Origin: Thermoplasmata archaeon | GTDB lineage: Archaea > Thermoplasmatota > Thermoplasmata > Lutacidiplasmatales > UBA184 | Assembly (NCBI GenBank): GCA_021816865.1 | Contig: JAKAWX010000003.1 | Span: forward strand, 110,960-174,959 | Length of the DNA: 64,000 nt | Direction of reading: 5' to 3' | Shown: positions 55,283 through 64,000 of the stretch, one piece after another | Layout: each line of letters opens with the position of its first letter | How positions within the stretch are numbered: position 1 is the stretch's first letter | Notes under the pieces: model-generated | Seen by the model: the letters and a program-made list of their open reading frames with translations, nothing else | Told to the model about the DNA's origin: nothing | The model's database searches: none | Position numbers and translations under genes: made by a program

Positions 55283-57292
55283 ATGCGCGAACCGGCCGAA
55301 TCGTCCCCCGCCGGTGGTCGGCCCCCGGGAGCGTCTCCGACGGCCGCGTCCGGGCCGGCCGGGCGGGCGGAGCCCCGGTCGTCGACGGACCTGGGCTCAG
55401 CGGCTTCGACCGACTGGGTCTCGCGGTACGCCGCGAAGGTCCGCACCGCCGAGGCCGCGATCACGGCCGTGGCGAGCGGGGAGCACATCTTCATCGGCTC
55501 GGGGGCCGCCGAGCCCCAGGAGCTCGTCGCGGCGCTGGTGAAGCACGCGGAGACGGTGTTCGGCACCGAGATCGTCCACATCATGACGCTCGGCCTCGCG
55601 CCGTACGTCGAGCCGAAGTGGGGCGAGAACTTCCGTCACAACGCGCTCTTCATCGGGCCTAACGTCCGGGACGCCGTGGCCCAGGGCCGGGCCGACTACA
55701 CACCGATCTTCCTCGGAGAGATCCCCCGACTGTTCGAGACGGGACGCGTGACGATCGACGTCGCCCTGATCGAAGTGAGCCCACCCGACCCTCACGGGTA
55801 CTGTTCCTACGGCGTCAGTACGGACATCGTGAAGCCGGCGACGGAGGCGGCGCGCCTCGTCATCGCCGAGGTGAACGCCCGGATGCCCCGAACCCTCGGC
55901 GACTCGTTCGTCCACGTCGACGACATCGATCTCCTCGTCCCCGTCGACTACCCGATCCTCGAGGCGGTGATCGGAGTGCCGGACGAGACCGCCCGGAGCA
56001 TCGGACGGTACATCGCGAACCTGATCGAGGACGGCTCGACGATCCAGATGGGGATCGGCACGATCCCGGACAGCGTGCTCGAGTTCCTGCGGGAGAAGAA
56101 GAACCTGGGCGTCCACACCGAGATGTTCTCCGACGGGATGATGCACCTGGTCGAACGGGGCGTGATCACGAACATGAAGAAGACGCTCCACAAGGGCAAG
56201 GTGGTCGCAGCCTTCTGCATGGGGTCGAAGCGGCTCTACGAGTTCGTCGACAACAACCCGTTCATCGAGTTCCACCCGGTGTCGTACACGAACGACCCGT
56301 TCGTGATCGCGCAGAACGACCGGATGGTATCGATCAACAGCGCCCTCGAGGTCGACTTGACGGGGCAGGTCTGCGCCGACAGCCTCGGCGAGTACTTCTA
56401 CTCGGGGATCGGGGGCCAGGTCGATTTCGTCCGAGGCGCAGCGCGGTCGAGAGGCGGCAAGCCGATCATCGCGCTCCCGTCGACGGCCGAAGGGGGGACG
56501 GTCTCGCGCATCACGTCGCAGTTGAAGCCGGGCGCCGGGGTCGTGACGAGCCGCGGCGACGTGCACTACGTGATCACCGAATGGGGCGTTGCCTACCTGC
56601 ACGGCCGGACGATCCGGGACCGCGCGCTCGCCCTGATCTCGATCGCCCACCCGAAGTTCCGCCCTGGCCTCATCCGGGAGGCGAAGCGGCTCAAGTTCGT
56701 CCCCGAGGACGTCCCCGAGATCTCCGAGCTCGGGATGGTCTATCCGAGCCAGTGGGAGACGACCCACACGTTCGACGACGGTACGCGGGTGTTCTTCCGG
56801 CCGGCGAAGCCGACCGACGAGGAGATGATGCGGGACCTCTTCTACCGCCTCTCCGAGCAGACGATCTACCAGCGGTTCTTCCGCTCGCTCAAGTCGCTCC
56901 CGCACCGCGACCTGGTGCACTTCGTGCACATCGACTTCACGGACGAGATGGGCGTCGTCGGGATCGTGGAGGATCCCGAGAAGCCCGAACGCGAGGAGAT
57001 CGTCTGCATCGGACGCTACTTCGTGAACCGGGCGACGAACATTGCCGAGGTCTCCTACCTGGTGCGGGACGACTTCCAGCACCGAGGGATCGGGTCGTTC
57101 CTCGTCCGCTACCTCTCACGGATCGCCCGGGAGAACGGCGTCGCGGGGTTCGACGCGGAGATTCTGCCGGACAACTCCGCGGCGATGAAGGTCCTCCACC
57201 GTCTCGGTTACCCCGTCGAGACGGTGGTCGCGGCCGGCAACTTCCAGCTGCGAGTGATGTTCGGGAAGCCTCCCGGAGCGACGGCCGCCTGA
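55283..57292 (+). CDS. Acetyl-CoA hydrolase/CoA-transferase (4-hydroxybutyrate CoA-transferase-like) fused to C-terminal GNAT acetyltransferase
   Basis: QMGIGTIP, GVHTEM, EVDLTGQV, GIGGQVDF and VITEWG motifs; C-terminal IGRY..AEVSYLVRDDFQHRGIG..N..M. Confidence 0.92.
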   Translation: MREPAESSPAGGRPPGASPTAASGPAGRAEPRSSTDLGSAASTDWVSRYAAKVRTAEAAITAVASGEHIFIGSGAAEPQELVAALVKHAETVFGTEIVHIMTLGLAPYVEPKWGENFRHNALFIGPNVRDAVAQGRADYTPIFLGEIPRLFETGRVTIDVALIEVSPPDPHGYCSYGVSTDIVKPATEAARLVIAEVNARMPRTLGDSFVHVDDIDLLVPVDYPILEAVIGVPDETARSIGRYIANLIEDGSTIQMGIGTIPDSVLEFLREKKNLGVHTEMFSDGMMHLVERGVITNMKKTLHKGKVVAAFCMGSKRLYEFVDNNPFIEFHPVSYTNDPFVIAQNDRMVSINSALEVDLTGQVCADSLGEYFYSGIGGQVDFVRGAARSRGGKPIIALPSTAEGGTVSRITSQLKPGAGVVTSRGDVHYVITEWGVAYLHGRTIRDRALALISIAHPKFRPGLIREAKRLKFVPEDVPEISELGMVYPSQWETTHTFDDGTRVFFRPAKPTDEEMMRDLFYRLSEQTIYQRFFRSLKSLPHRDLVHFVHIDFTDEMGVVGIVEDPEKPEREEIVCIGRYFVNRATNIAEVSYLVRDDFQHRGIGSFLVRYLSRIARENGVAGFDAEILPDNSAAMKVLHRLGYPVETVVAAGNFQLRVMFGKPPGATAA

Positions 57293-57471
57293 GTCGACCG
57301 ACCGGGGGCATCGCAAGAACGGGGCGACGTCCTCGCCGCCGGCCCGTCGCCTGGGAGGGGAGTCGACCGCCCCCCCTCAGGCGCGAAGGTGGGACGGCGC
57401 CCGCTCCTCCCCCGGAAGGGCCCGAAGCCCCCCGACCGCGGCGGGGGACCGGCAGCTCGCGCGAGGCCCGG

Positions 57472-57759
57472 TTACGGCAGGACCGTGATCTTCCCCGACC
57501 GGCCCTGAGATATCTGGAGCTTCCCCCGGAAGTCCCGGACCCAGCCGTCGGTGATCTTGAGCTTCTGGCCGACGCTGTAGCGCTTCGTGTCCTCGCCCCA
57601 CAGGGTCAGGGTGATCGTTCCCGTTTCGTCCTGCAGCGTGGCGTCCGCCACCTGGGAGGCACCCCGAGAAGTGGTCACGTCGCGCACGGCAGAGATCGCC
57701 GTGATGGTCGCCTCGATCGTCGCATTCTGGTCCGCCCGGAGGGTGGCAATGCCGGTCAT
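57472..57759 (-). CDS. ssb: Single-OB-fold single-stranded DNA-binding protein
   Basis: VADATLQDETGTITLTLWGE and GWVRDFRGKLQIS.GR.G, as in crenarchaeal/Thermoplasma-type SSB. Confidence 0.9.
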   Translation of the reverse strand: MTGIATLRADQNATIEATITAISAVRDVTTSRGASQVADATLQDETGTITLTLWGEDTKRYSVGQKLKITDGWVRDFRGKLQISQGRSGKITVLP

Positions 57760-58651
57760 GTCCGTTCCGACCTACTCCACCGCCCGTAAAAGGGTCGCCC
57801 TACCCGTCCGTGTCCCCCGAAACGGCGCCAAGGGCCCCCGGCGATGTCGCGGTAGAGGAGGCAAGCCCCCGGGACCTTCGTCCCCCGGGGAGCGGTCCCG
57901 CCTCCCGACTGGCGTCGCACGGAGACTCCGGCGGGTGGCCCGTGGCGCCGCTTTCCCGCCCGAGGGGGCAACCGAACCGCGGATCGGCGCGGCGACCCGG
58001 TGGCGTGTCAGGCGCACCGCGTTGGCCGCCTTGGTCGCATCGCCGAGATTCGAGCCGTGGGAGTGCCAGGTCCGCCGTCGTGTGAGGAGCCCCCGACCGC
58101 CCCTCCCTGCCGAGGCTACCCTCTCGCGCGTCCCCGGCGTCGGAGCGCCCAAGGCGAGGGGTTCGACCGGCCTAGAACCCGCCGGTGACCCGTCCGGCCC
58201 CGGGAAGTCTTGCATCGCGAAACCTCCCGCGGAGACGACGCCCTATGACACCGCGAGAGCGAGGGCCGCGAAGACCGGGAGCGCTTTCGGCCGGCCGAAG
58301 GGTACGGCCCGGAGACGAGAGCAGAAGGCCGGTCGAGAAGGGCCGGGACCGAGGAAGTGGAGTCGCGCGAAGTTCTCGCCCATCTCCGAACCCGTAGGAA
58401 GTGCCGTCTCCACCGAGACCGGATTGCGGGTCGACAGGGCGCGGTCTCTCCTGAGGGTCGGGGCCGGTCGAGGGGATCCCCGGCCCGGGTCCGCCCTTCC
58501 GGGCGACCCCGCGCGGTTCGTAGGGCCGGACGCCCCTACCGTCAGCGCCCGCCCCAGGGCGCACGTCGCGACGAACCCCTCAGGAGCGGTTCATCCGGCT
58601 TAACGCGGGAAAGATGTACTCCGTGCTCGATTCGTACGGGGCGGTGCGGTT

Positions 58652-59518
58652 ATGGGAGTGCCCTCGTCGGATGCGCTCGGGTCTCCTTCGGTGGTTTCGC
58701 GCGAGTCGAACATGTGGGGGGTTTCGCTCGTGCGACGCGCCCTCGAACGATTCGAGACGCTGATCGCCCTCGCGCTCGCGATCGCCTCCCTCGCTGTTCT
58801 CGAGGCATACCTGTCGTCCGCCGGCCGGCTCGACGTACGACTACCGTTCGGGCCCGTTCCCTTTGCGGAGTGGTGGTCGATCGGACTGAAGCTCGGAGTT
58901 CAAGCCGCCATCGGCGTAACGATCGCGGTCCTTGTGATCGTCGGGATCGTGGTCGCGGTCCGCGGACTGATCTCGTGGCGCCAAGGCGTTCGCACGATGG
59001 CGGAGGCCTCGCCGGAGTCCGGTCCGGCCCAGGTCGAAGCGGTCCGCCGGGCGCGGACCGATCACGCGACGACCCTCTGGCTCTTCCTCGTCTACGTACT
59101 CGCGGCCATCGTGGTCTCGGGCGCGTTCGAGGTCCTCAACTTGGGGCTGTCGTCCGCGAACCGGGTCGCGCTCCCCGACATGGTCGTTTCGATCGCGACC
59201 GGTATCGCCTCGAGCCTCGTCCTGGTGGCGATTTACTATTTCGGCGCACGGCACCTGGTCGAGTTGTTGTTCTCGATCTCTTCCCCTACCGGTCAACGGC
59301 TGCTCCTCCGCGGTCGCAACTTCCTCCTCGCGGGCGCGTTGGTGGGCGTGGGCGCGGCGCTTGCCCCCGTCTCCTGGATGTTCGAGCTGGCGGCCGTGGC
59401 TTCGCTCGTCATCATCCTGATCGGGGTCCGCCGCCTGAGCCGCGCGTATGCCCTCTGGCTCGCCGGGGACCGTCCGCCCCCGGCGCCGCTGGCCAGGTAC
59501 CGGCCGAGCCCAGCATGA
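58652..59518 (+). CDS. Multi-pass membrane protein
   Basis: About six hydrophobic helices; start may be ATG 58712. Confidence 0.72.
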   Translation: MGVPSSDALGSPSVVSRESNMWGVSLVRRALERFETLIALALAIASLAVLEAYLSSAGRLDVRLPFGPVPFAEWWSIGLKLGVQAAIGVTIAVLVIVGIVVAVRGLISWRQGVRTMAEASPESGPAQVEAVRRARTDHATTLWLFLVYVLAAIVVSGAFEVLNLGLSSANRVALPDMVVSIATGIASSLVLVAIYYFGARHLVELLFSISSPTGQRLLLRGRNFLLAGALVGVGAALAPVSWMFELAAVASLVIILIGVRRLSRAYALWLAGDRPPPAPLARYRPSPA

Positions 59519-59683
59519 GCAGCTGACGGTCTGGCGGCCGATCGAGCCGAGATGGTTCGGCGGCGAAGCGGAACCTGCGGGCCAGGAACCCCCGGCCCGG
59601 GCGAACCGGCTTCCCCCGGAGCCGTTCGGATCCGATGGGGCGGGTAGCCAACCCTGAGGTCGGCCCGCGCCCCGGGGAAGTGG

Positions 59684-59956
59684 TTAGGCGAGCCGCACCG
59701 AGAGGCTCTGGTTGCCGCTGTCCGGACTGTTGTCCGTTCCCGCCCCGGACCCCGCGCATCCCAAATCGTTCGATGCGTCGGTCTCGTTCTCGGTCTGGTT
59801 CTGGTCGTCGTAGCTGTGCGCGCCCTGCGTCGAATCCATCACGTTGCTGCTGGGGCACGGGGCGGCGGTGGCGGTGTGCGACACCGCCAGTGCAGCTCCC
59901 GCCACTCCCGAAACGAGCAGCGCCGCGAGGATCACTCCCACGATCGGTCCTGGCAT
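59684..59956 (-). CDS. Small secreted acidic protein (90 aa)
   Basis: Signal-like N-terminus, D/N/S-rich body with two Cys; GAGGT upstream. Confidence 0.6.
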   Translation of the reverse strand: MPGPIVGVILAALLVSGVAGAALAVSHTATAAPCPSSNVMDSTQGAHSYDDQNQTENETDASNDLGCAGSGAGTDNSPDSGNQSLSVRLA

Positions 59957-60587
59957 GGGGGACTACCTCGACCCCAGGTTCCCGGCGCGGGGGATGCGGC
60001 TTTTGGTGCGTGTCCCGCATTCCTTGGTGCATGGGCCGTCGTCGGGGGGTGAACTCCCCCGCCTTCCTCTCCCGAGCATCCCGGACCCGCCGGGTGGCTA
60101 GTGCCCCCTTCCTCGCCCGCAAGTCTCGCCGGAACCGGGGGCCCCGCGAGGCTACGGCGAGGCGGGCCCGCGCTCGTGCCCGCAGTGCCGGAGGAGCGCC
60201 TTCCGCCAATGCCGACGAAGCGACTCGTCCGGCGTTGCGGGCGAGTTTCGGGTTCACGGTATCCCGCAGCGGGGGTCAGATCGCGGACCGGCAGCGGGAA
60301 CCCCTCTCTGCGGCCAACGGTTCGGGAAAGGACCGTGGGCGGGGACCCGGGCCGGGGAGGGAGCGGGGGGGCGGTCGCCCCGGCCCCGAGGGGGTATGGG
60401 TCTACCCGACAGGCGAAGGGTTCGTGAGATGACGGCCCCCGGCCGTTAAACGGTCGGAGTACGGGGGCTTCTAACTCCCTCAGCGATGCCCGAAAGGCGC
60501 CGGTAGCCCCGGCGCGAAGCCCCCGGCGATCCCGTGAGGGACCGTGCCCGAGGGTCCGGGCGGGAAGCCTCTCCGCCGGCTTCGGGG

Positions 60588-60611
60588 AAAGAAGGAGGCG
60601 AACCCCCCTCC
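60588..60611 (-). terminator. Hairpin plus T-rich tract after the M29-like gene
   Basis: Minus strand GGAGG-GGGGTTCG-CCTCC-TTCTTT about 25 nt after the stop. Confidence 0.4.
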
Positions 60612-60634
60612 CGGCGCGGCCAGACCCGGCGGGC

Positions 60635-61759
60635 CTACAGGATCTTCCCCGCGCGAACGACCGGGCTGCCGTCGACACGGACTTCCGCCCCCGCGAGGCG
60701 GACCGCCCCTCTAAAGTCCGAGGGGTTGCTCCCGCCGGAGTAGGTGTTCCCGCCCACGGTCAGCTGAACGGTGCCACGCTCCATGTCCTCCAGGTACGGC
60801 GCGCTCCGGAGCTTGGGGTTCAATCCGATAACGAGCGAGCCCGTCCGATCCCTCCCGGGTTTGCTCCGGGCGTACTTCTTGGCGAACTGGGTTTCTCCCT
60901 CCTCGAACGAGAACGAGGCCAGCTTCCCTCCCGAGAACTCGAACGCCCCGCCCGAGTACCTTGCCCAGGGAAACCAGACCTCGTCGTAGCTACTGCGGTT
61001 CGAAACGATTCTGCCCTCGGCGGTCTTGGAGTCCAGCGCGATCCGGAGCCTCCCTTCCGGAAGGTTCGCCATCATATCGAACTCACTGTAGGTCTTGTCG
61101 TTGGGGTGGGGGTGGCCGTCGTAGACCCGGCCCGGGGTTCCGGCCAGCGCCACCTCGAGGTCCGTTCCGTTGGGGTGGGTGATCCGGACCTTCCTCCCCC
61201 CGTTGAGCCCGCGGGCGAGGCGGCTTCCGCTACGCGTCACCTCCTCCGGGTCGGCGAGGCAGGCTTCGAGCAGGGCCCTCCTCCATCGCGGCCCGCTGAC
61301 ACCCCATTGACGGACACGCGTCTCGGTTACCCACCCCAGGCCCATACGCCCCCCCCGCAACCCGGTCGAACGGGCCAGCTTGTACCATCGGTCGAACCAG
61401 CCGGCCGCCCACTCGTCGAAGCTCTTCTCGTCGAGCTTCTCCAACCGAGCCGAGTCCGCCGGGCCCCAGAACTGCACGTAGACATCGGCCGCCGCGATGG
61501 CGGCCCACTCCGGGTCGGACAAGCGGCCGAGGGGTTTGGCCTGCCCGCGTTCCACCGCACTCCACCAGGCGTCGTCGTTCTCGTACGCGAGGAAGGCACT
61601 CCCGCCCTCTTGGCGGACCGCGTCCACCATCGCCGACGACATGGACAGCGTATGGTCCCAGGCTTCGACGATGACGTTCTCGTCGGGCTTGACGTGGAGA
61701 TACTTCCTGACCAGGTTGCGGGCGGCGGCCCGTTCGAGGGAGGAGGGGCTCTCGCTCAC
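60635..61759 (-). CDS. M29 (aminopeptidase T/thermophilic metalloprotease)-like protein with substituted metal ligands
   Basis: L.VKPDENVIV, VRITHPNGTDL, NLP, IGLNP, GTV.L..G.N..GG.N and DG..VV..G motifs; start re-called at GTG 61759. Confidence 0.82.
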   Translation of the reverse strand: MSESPSSLERAAARNLVRKYLHVKPDENVIVEAWDHTLSMSSAMVDAVRQEGGSAFLAYENDDAWWSAVERGQAKPLGRLSDPEWAAIAAADVYVQFWGPADSARLEKLDEKSFDEWAAGWFDRWYKLARSTGLRGGRMGLGWVTETRVRQWGVSGPRWRRALLEACLADPEEVTRSGSRLARGLNGGRKVRITHPNGTDLEVALAGTPGRVYDGHPHPNDKTYSEFDMMANLPEGRLRIALDSKTAEGRIVSNRSSYDEVWFPWARYSGGAFEFSGGKLASFSFEEGETQFAKKYARSKPGRDRTGSLVIGLNPKLRSAPYLEDMERGTVQLTVGGNTYSGGSNPSDFRGAVRLAGAEVRVDGSPVVRAGKIL

Positions 61760-62173
61760 GGCCGCCACCAGAACCGTGGCCCTTACTTCTAGCCTACCCG
61801 GCGCGAGCACCGAGGTCGGTTGGCCGGCTCGAGCTCAAGCGAGGCAGGGAGTCGAAAGGAGCTCGACATCTTAGATCGGTCGTTCGGGGACGAGCGCTTT
61901 CGGCTCACGGTTCTCGTCAGCCCGGAATCGATTCCGTCCGACGGTGTCGGAGATTCCTCGCGCCGATAGACGCCACCGTTCCGGGGTTTGGAGGAGGTCG
62001 GCCCGCCCTATTGTTAAACGTCAGGGGGCATTGCGTCTCCAAACCCAGAGAGCGCTGGCGATGCCCGGCTCGGTGTCAGCCGCCTCCCGATTGCGGGGAG
62101 GTCGAATGAAGTCCTGATCGCGCCCTCCTGCGAATTCAGGGCTGGCTACCGCCGGAGGCGCCCAACCACGCTC

Positions 62174-62192
62174 GGGGGGGGGGGGGGGGGGG
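62174..62192 (+). repeat. G19 homopolymer
   Basis: 19 consecutive G in intergenic DNA. Confidence 0.9.
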
Positions 62193-62314
62193 AGAACGTG
62201 CCGCAAGCAGCCCGAGCCCCTCCGCCCGGCCCGGAGTGGTCCTAGAGCGATTTGAGATCCGTAACCCAGTGACGCCCGGGGGCCGGTAACCTTTGCAACT
62301 CGTGCCTGCGAGGT

Positions 62315-64000
62315 CTACTTGTCTGTCGGGGCGACGGGCTCTGCCACGTCTGAGGTCCCTGCCGCCTCATCGCCCTCTCGGACCTTCTTGGCGAGTGGGG
62401 AGTAGTACCGTATGCTGAGGAGGCCCCAGAGTTGTTCAGCAGAGTGGACTGCCTTCAAATCGTCGAGGGTCAGAACAACAATGCGAATCTTGTCCTTGTA
62501 AAGGGCCTCGCGCACTACTAGCGCGGCGTCGGAGACCTCGGTGCCGGTGATTCCCCGGCGAGCAAGGAGAATCCCCCACTTGCAGTCCTGATGCCTGAGA
62601 TTATCTACGAAGTTGACCACTTCGGGCTTCCCGACGGGTTTCGACCAGTTCTTGCACTCGAACAGCATCGGGTCACCCCAGGCGCCGTGCCAGTTGTTCG
62701 ACACGAGGAGGTCAATCTCCTCTGCGTGAGTTCGAACGTTGCGGTCGATAACGCTTAGCCCGCTGATCGCCGAAACCATTTCTGCCGCAAAATCCTCGAG
62801 CGTTCGCTTCTTTTGGTCATTCGTGACCGCGCTCTCGATCGCGAGTATGCCAGCAGCCCATGCAGCTTCATCGAATGTGATGAACGCCGCGGGATCTCGA
62901 GCCTTGAGCTTCTTGACCTTCTCGCCGAGCTGCGCTGAGACCTCCTTCTGATGGCCGTAATCCTTCTCGAGGCTGACCCGCTCCGAGATCATCTGCTGGA
63001 GGAGATCCATCGCTCGCGGGGTGTTCCCGCTTTCGACGCTTCGTTCCAAAGCCCGCCGGAGCTGGCTTCCCTCGACGATATTTCGGAGGATTACCTCCTC
63101 ATCACGGGGTATCTCAAGTTGCAGGGCAAGGTAGCTGACGAAGGATGCTGCCGAAGGAGGAGGTATCGGCAGCAGACTCGAGGCGAGGATTCTCGTGAAC
63201 GACTCGGCTGCCTTCTCGGGCTCGACCTCGGTCCATATGAATGGGTAGATCAGCTCGAACCACGACTCGACGGACATCGTCCCACCGAGCGCGAAACCGA
63301 GTTCCTTCGTCAGACGAGTATCTGCACGTCGCAAGCCCGCGTCATGGGTAATGAACCAAGGCGAGTTGAATGGTCGCGGCTCCCCGCTGGCGCGGATTGC
63401 CTGAATAAGTAGGAGGCTCTTCGCATCGTGTCGAATCAAGGAGAATGGCTTCCCGGTGGCACCGCCCCCCTCTACTCCGTCAAGGACTCGACTCGCATTC
63501 TCAGCCCCAGATTGGACCGCTGGGTAGTCCGCAGAGTGTACAACCCGGGCGTCCCACCGCGCCGAGAAAATGCTCACCCCCTGCCTTAACTTGGTCACGT
63601 ATCCGGCCCAATCGGTGAGGCCCTGCTGATTCTCGAAGAATGTACGGGCGATCTCGTTGCTTACGAGCCTTGCGTTAAGGTGGCCATCGAAACTCTGAGT
63701 AAACAACTGATCCGCGAACGCAACGGCCGTCCCATACTCCGTCGCGGTGAGATCGGAAATGCTGAATCGTACGCCGACTGACTTGGCGGCGTCAAGAAAC
63801 CAGATAGTCTGCTCGTGCCGCGCGCTTCCCTCGCATAGTGCCGAAATCAGGATGTTGGTGTCGAGAAGAATCTCGGTTCCATCGAAGAGCTCCCGTCGGA
63901 GCTTTGAGAGCGACGGGTCGGCGCCCATAATCCGCCACATCACGTGTTTTGTGGCAATCTGTAGCAGGCCCCTCGAGAACTCGATAGGAGCAGCTGTGAG
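62315..64000 (-). CDS. PIN-domain + Mrr-like PD-(D/E)XK restriction endonuclease fusion; 5' end lies beyond the window
   Basis: PIN motifs LLDTNILI, T..EY, HDA and FITHD; C-terminal LE......EIDLLV...FECKNW; frame is open from 63943 to 64000; more AT-rich than the rest of the window. Confidence 0.85.
   Translation of the reverse strand, partial: LTAAPIEFSRGLLQIATKHVMWRIMGADPSLSKLRRELFDGTEILLDTNILISALCEGSARHEQTIWFLDAAKSVGVRFSISDLTATEYGTAVAFADQLFTQSFDGHLNARLVSNEIARTFFENQQGLTDWAGYVTKLRQGVSIFSARWDARVVHSADYPAVQSGAENASRVLDGVEGGGATGKPFSLIRHDAKSLLLIQAIRASGEPRPFNSPWFITHDAGLRRADTRLTKELGFALGGTMSVESWFELIYPFIWTEVEPEKAAESFTRILASSLLPIPPPSAASFVSYLALQLEIPRDEEVILRNIVEGSQLRRALERSVESGNTPRAMDLLQQMISERVSLEKDYGHQKEVSAQLGEKVKKLKARDPAAFITFDEAAWAAGILAIESAVTNDQKKRTLEDFAAEMVSAISGLSVIDRNVRTHAEEIDLLVSNNWHGAWGDPMLFECKNWSKPVGKPEVVNFVDNLRHQDCKWGILLARRGITGTEVSDAALVVREALYKDKIRIVVLTLDDLKAVHSAEQLWGLLSIRYYSPLAKKVREGDEAAGTSDVAEPVAPTDK

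Noticed and set aside
1-64000. CRISPR array, IS/transposase, integrase, rRNA
   Set aside because: No regularly spaced direct repeats, transposase or integrase motifs, or rRNA signatures seen by eye; short or degenerate elements could have been missed

Overview
Very GC-rich archaeal DNA, most likely from a Thermoplasmatota (Thermoplasmata) genome. This is inferred from GGGP/DGGGP synthases, aIF-5A, archaeal DTD2, a single-OB SSB, thermopsin-type surface repeats and DUF835. The window is mostly housekeeping and metabolic: an ether-lipid operon with DUF2070, an M16 peptidase pair, a ForCE/YjgCD-type formate dehydrogenase cluster with fdhD/mobA/mobB, an M13 peptidase, a hemA-C-D-B-chdC-L-E heme cluster, an aldehyde dehydrogenase, a CoA-transferase-GNAT fusion and several surface proteins. 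Five things stand out. (1) At 45.4-49.3 kb, a co-oriented module encodes a truncated flotillin/SPFH protein, an intact TRAFAC-like GTPase, a GAP1-N/uDENN-like protein and a full-length pseudo-GTPase paralog. (2) A 1586-aa IleRS paralog has lost HIGH and KMSKS and is fused to HhH and DUF835 domains. (3) A tRNA-Glu(CUC), absent from the ORF track, carries a 30-nt intron at the non-canonical T-loop position 59/60. (4) A processive GT2 synthase and its upstream neighbour share the same unusual Cys4 zinc finger. (5) A more AT-rich PIN + restriction-endonuclease fusion runs off the right edge. Most long ORFs in the supplied track are antisense or alternative-frame shadows. All family calls come from motif recognition by eye; no database search was run.
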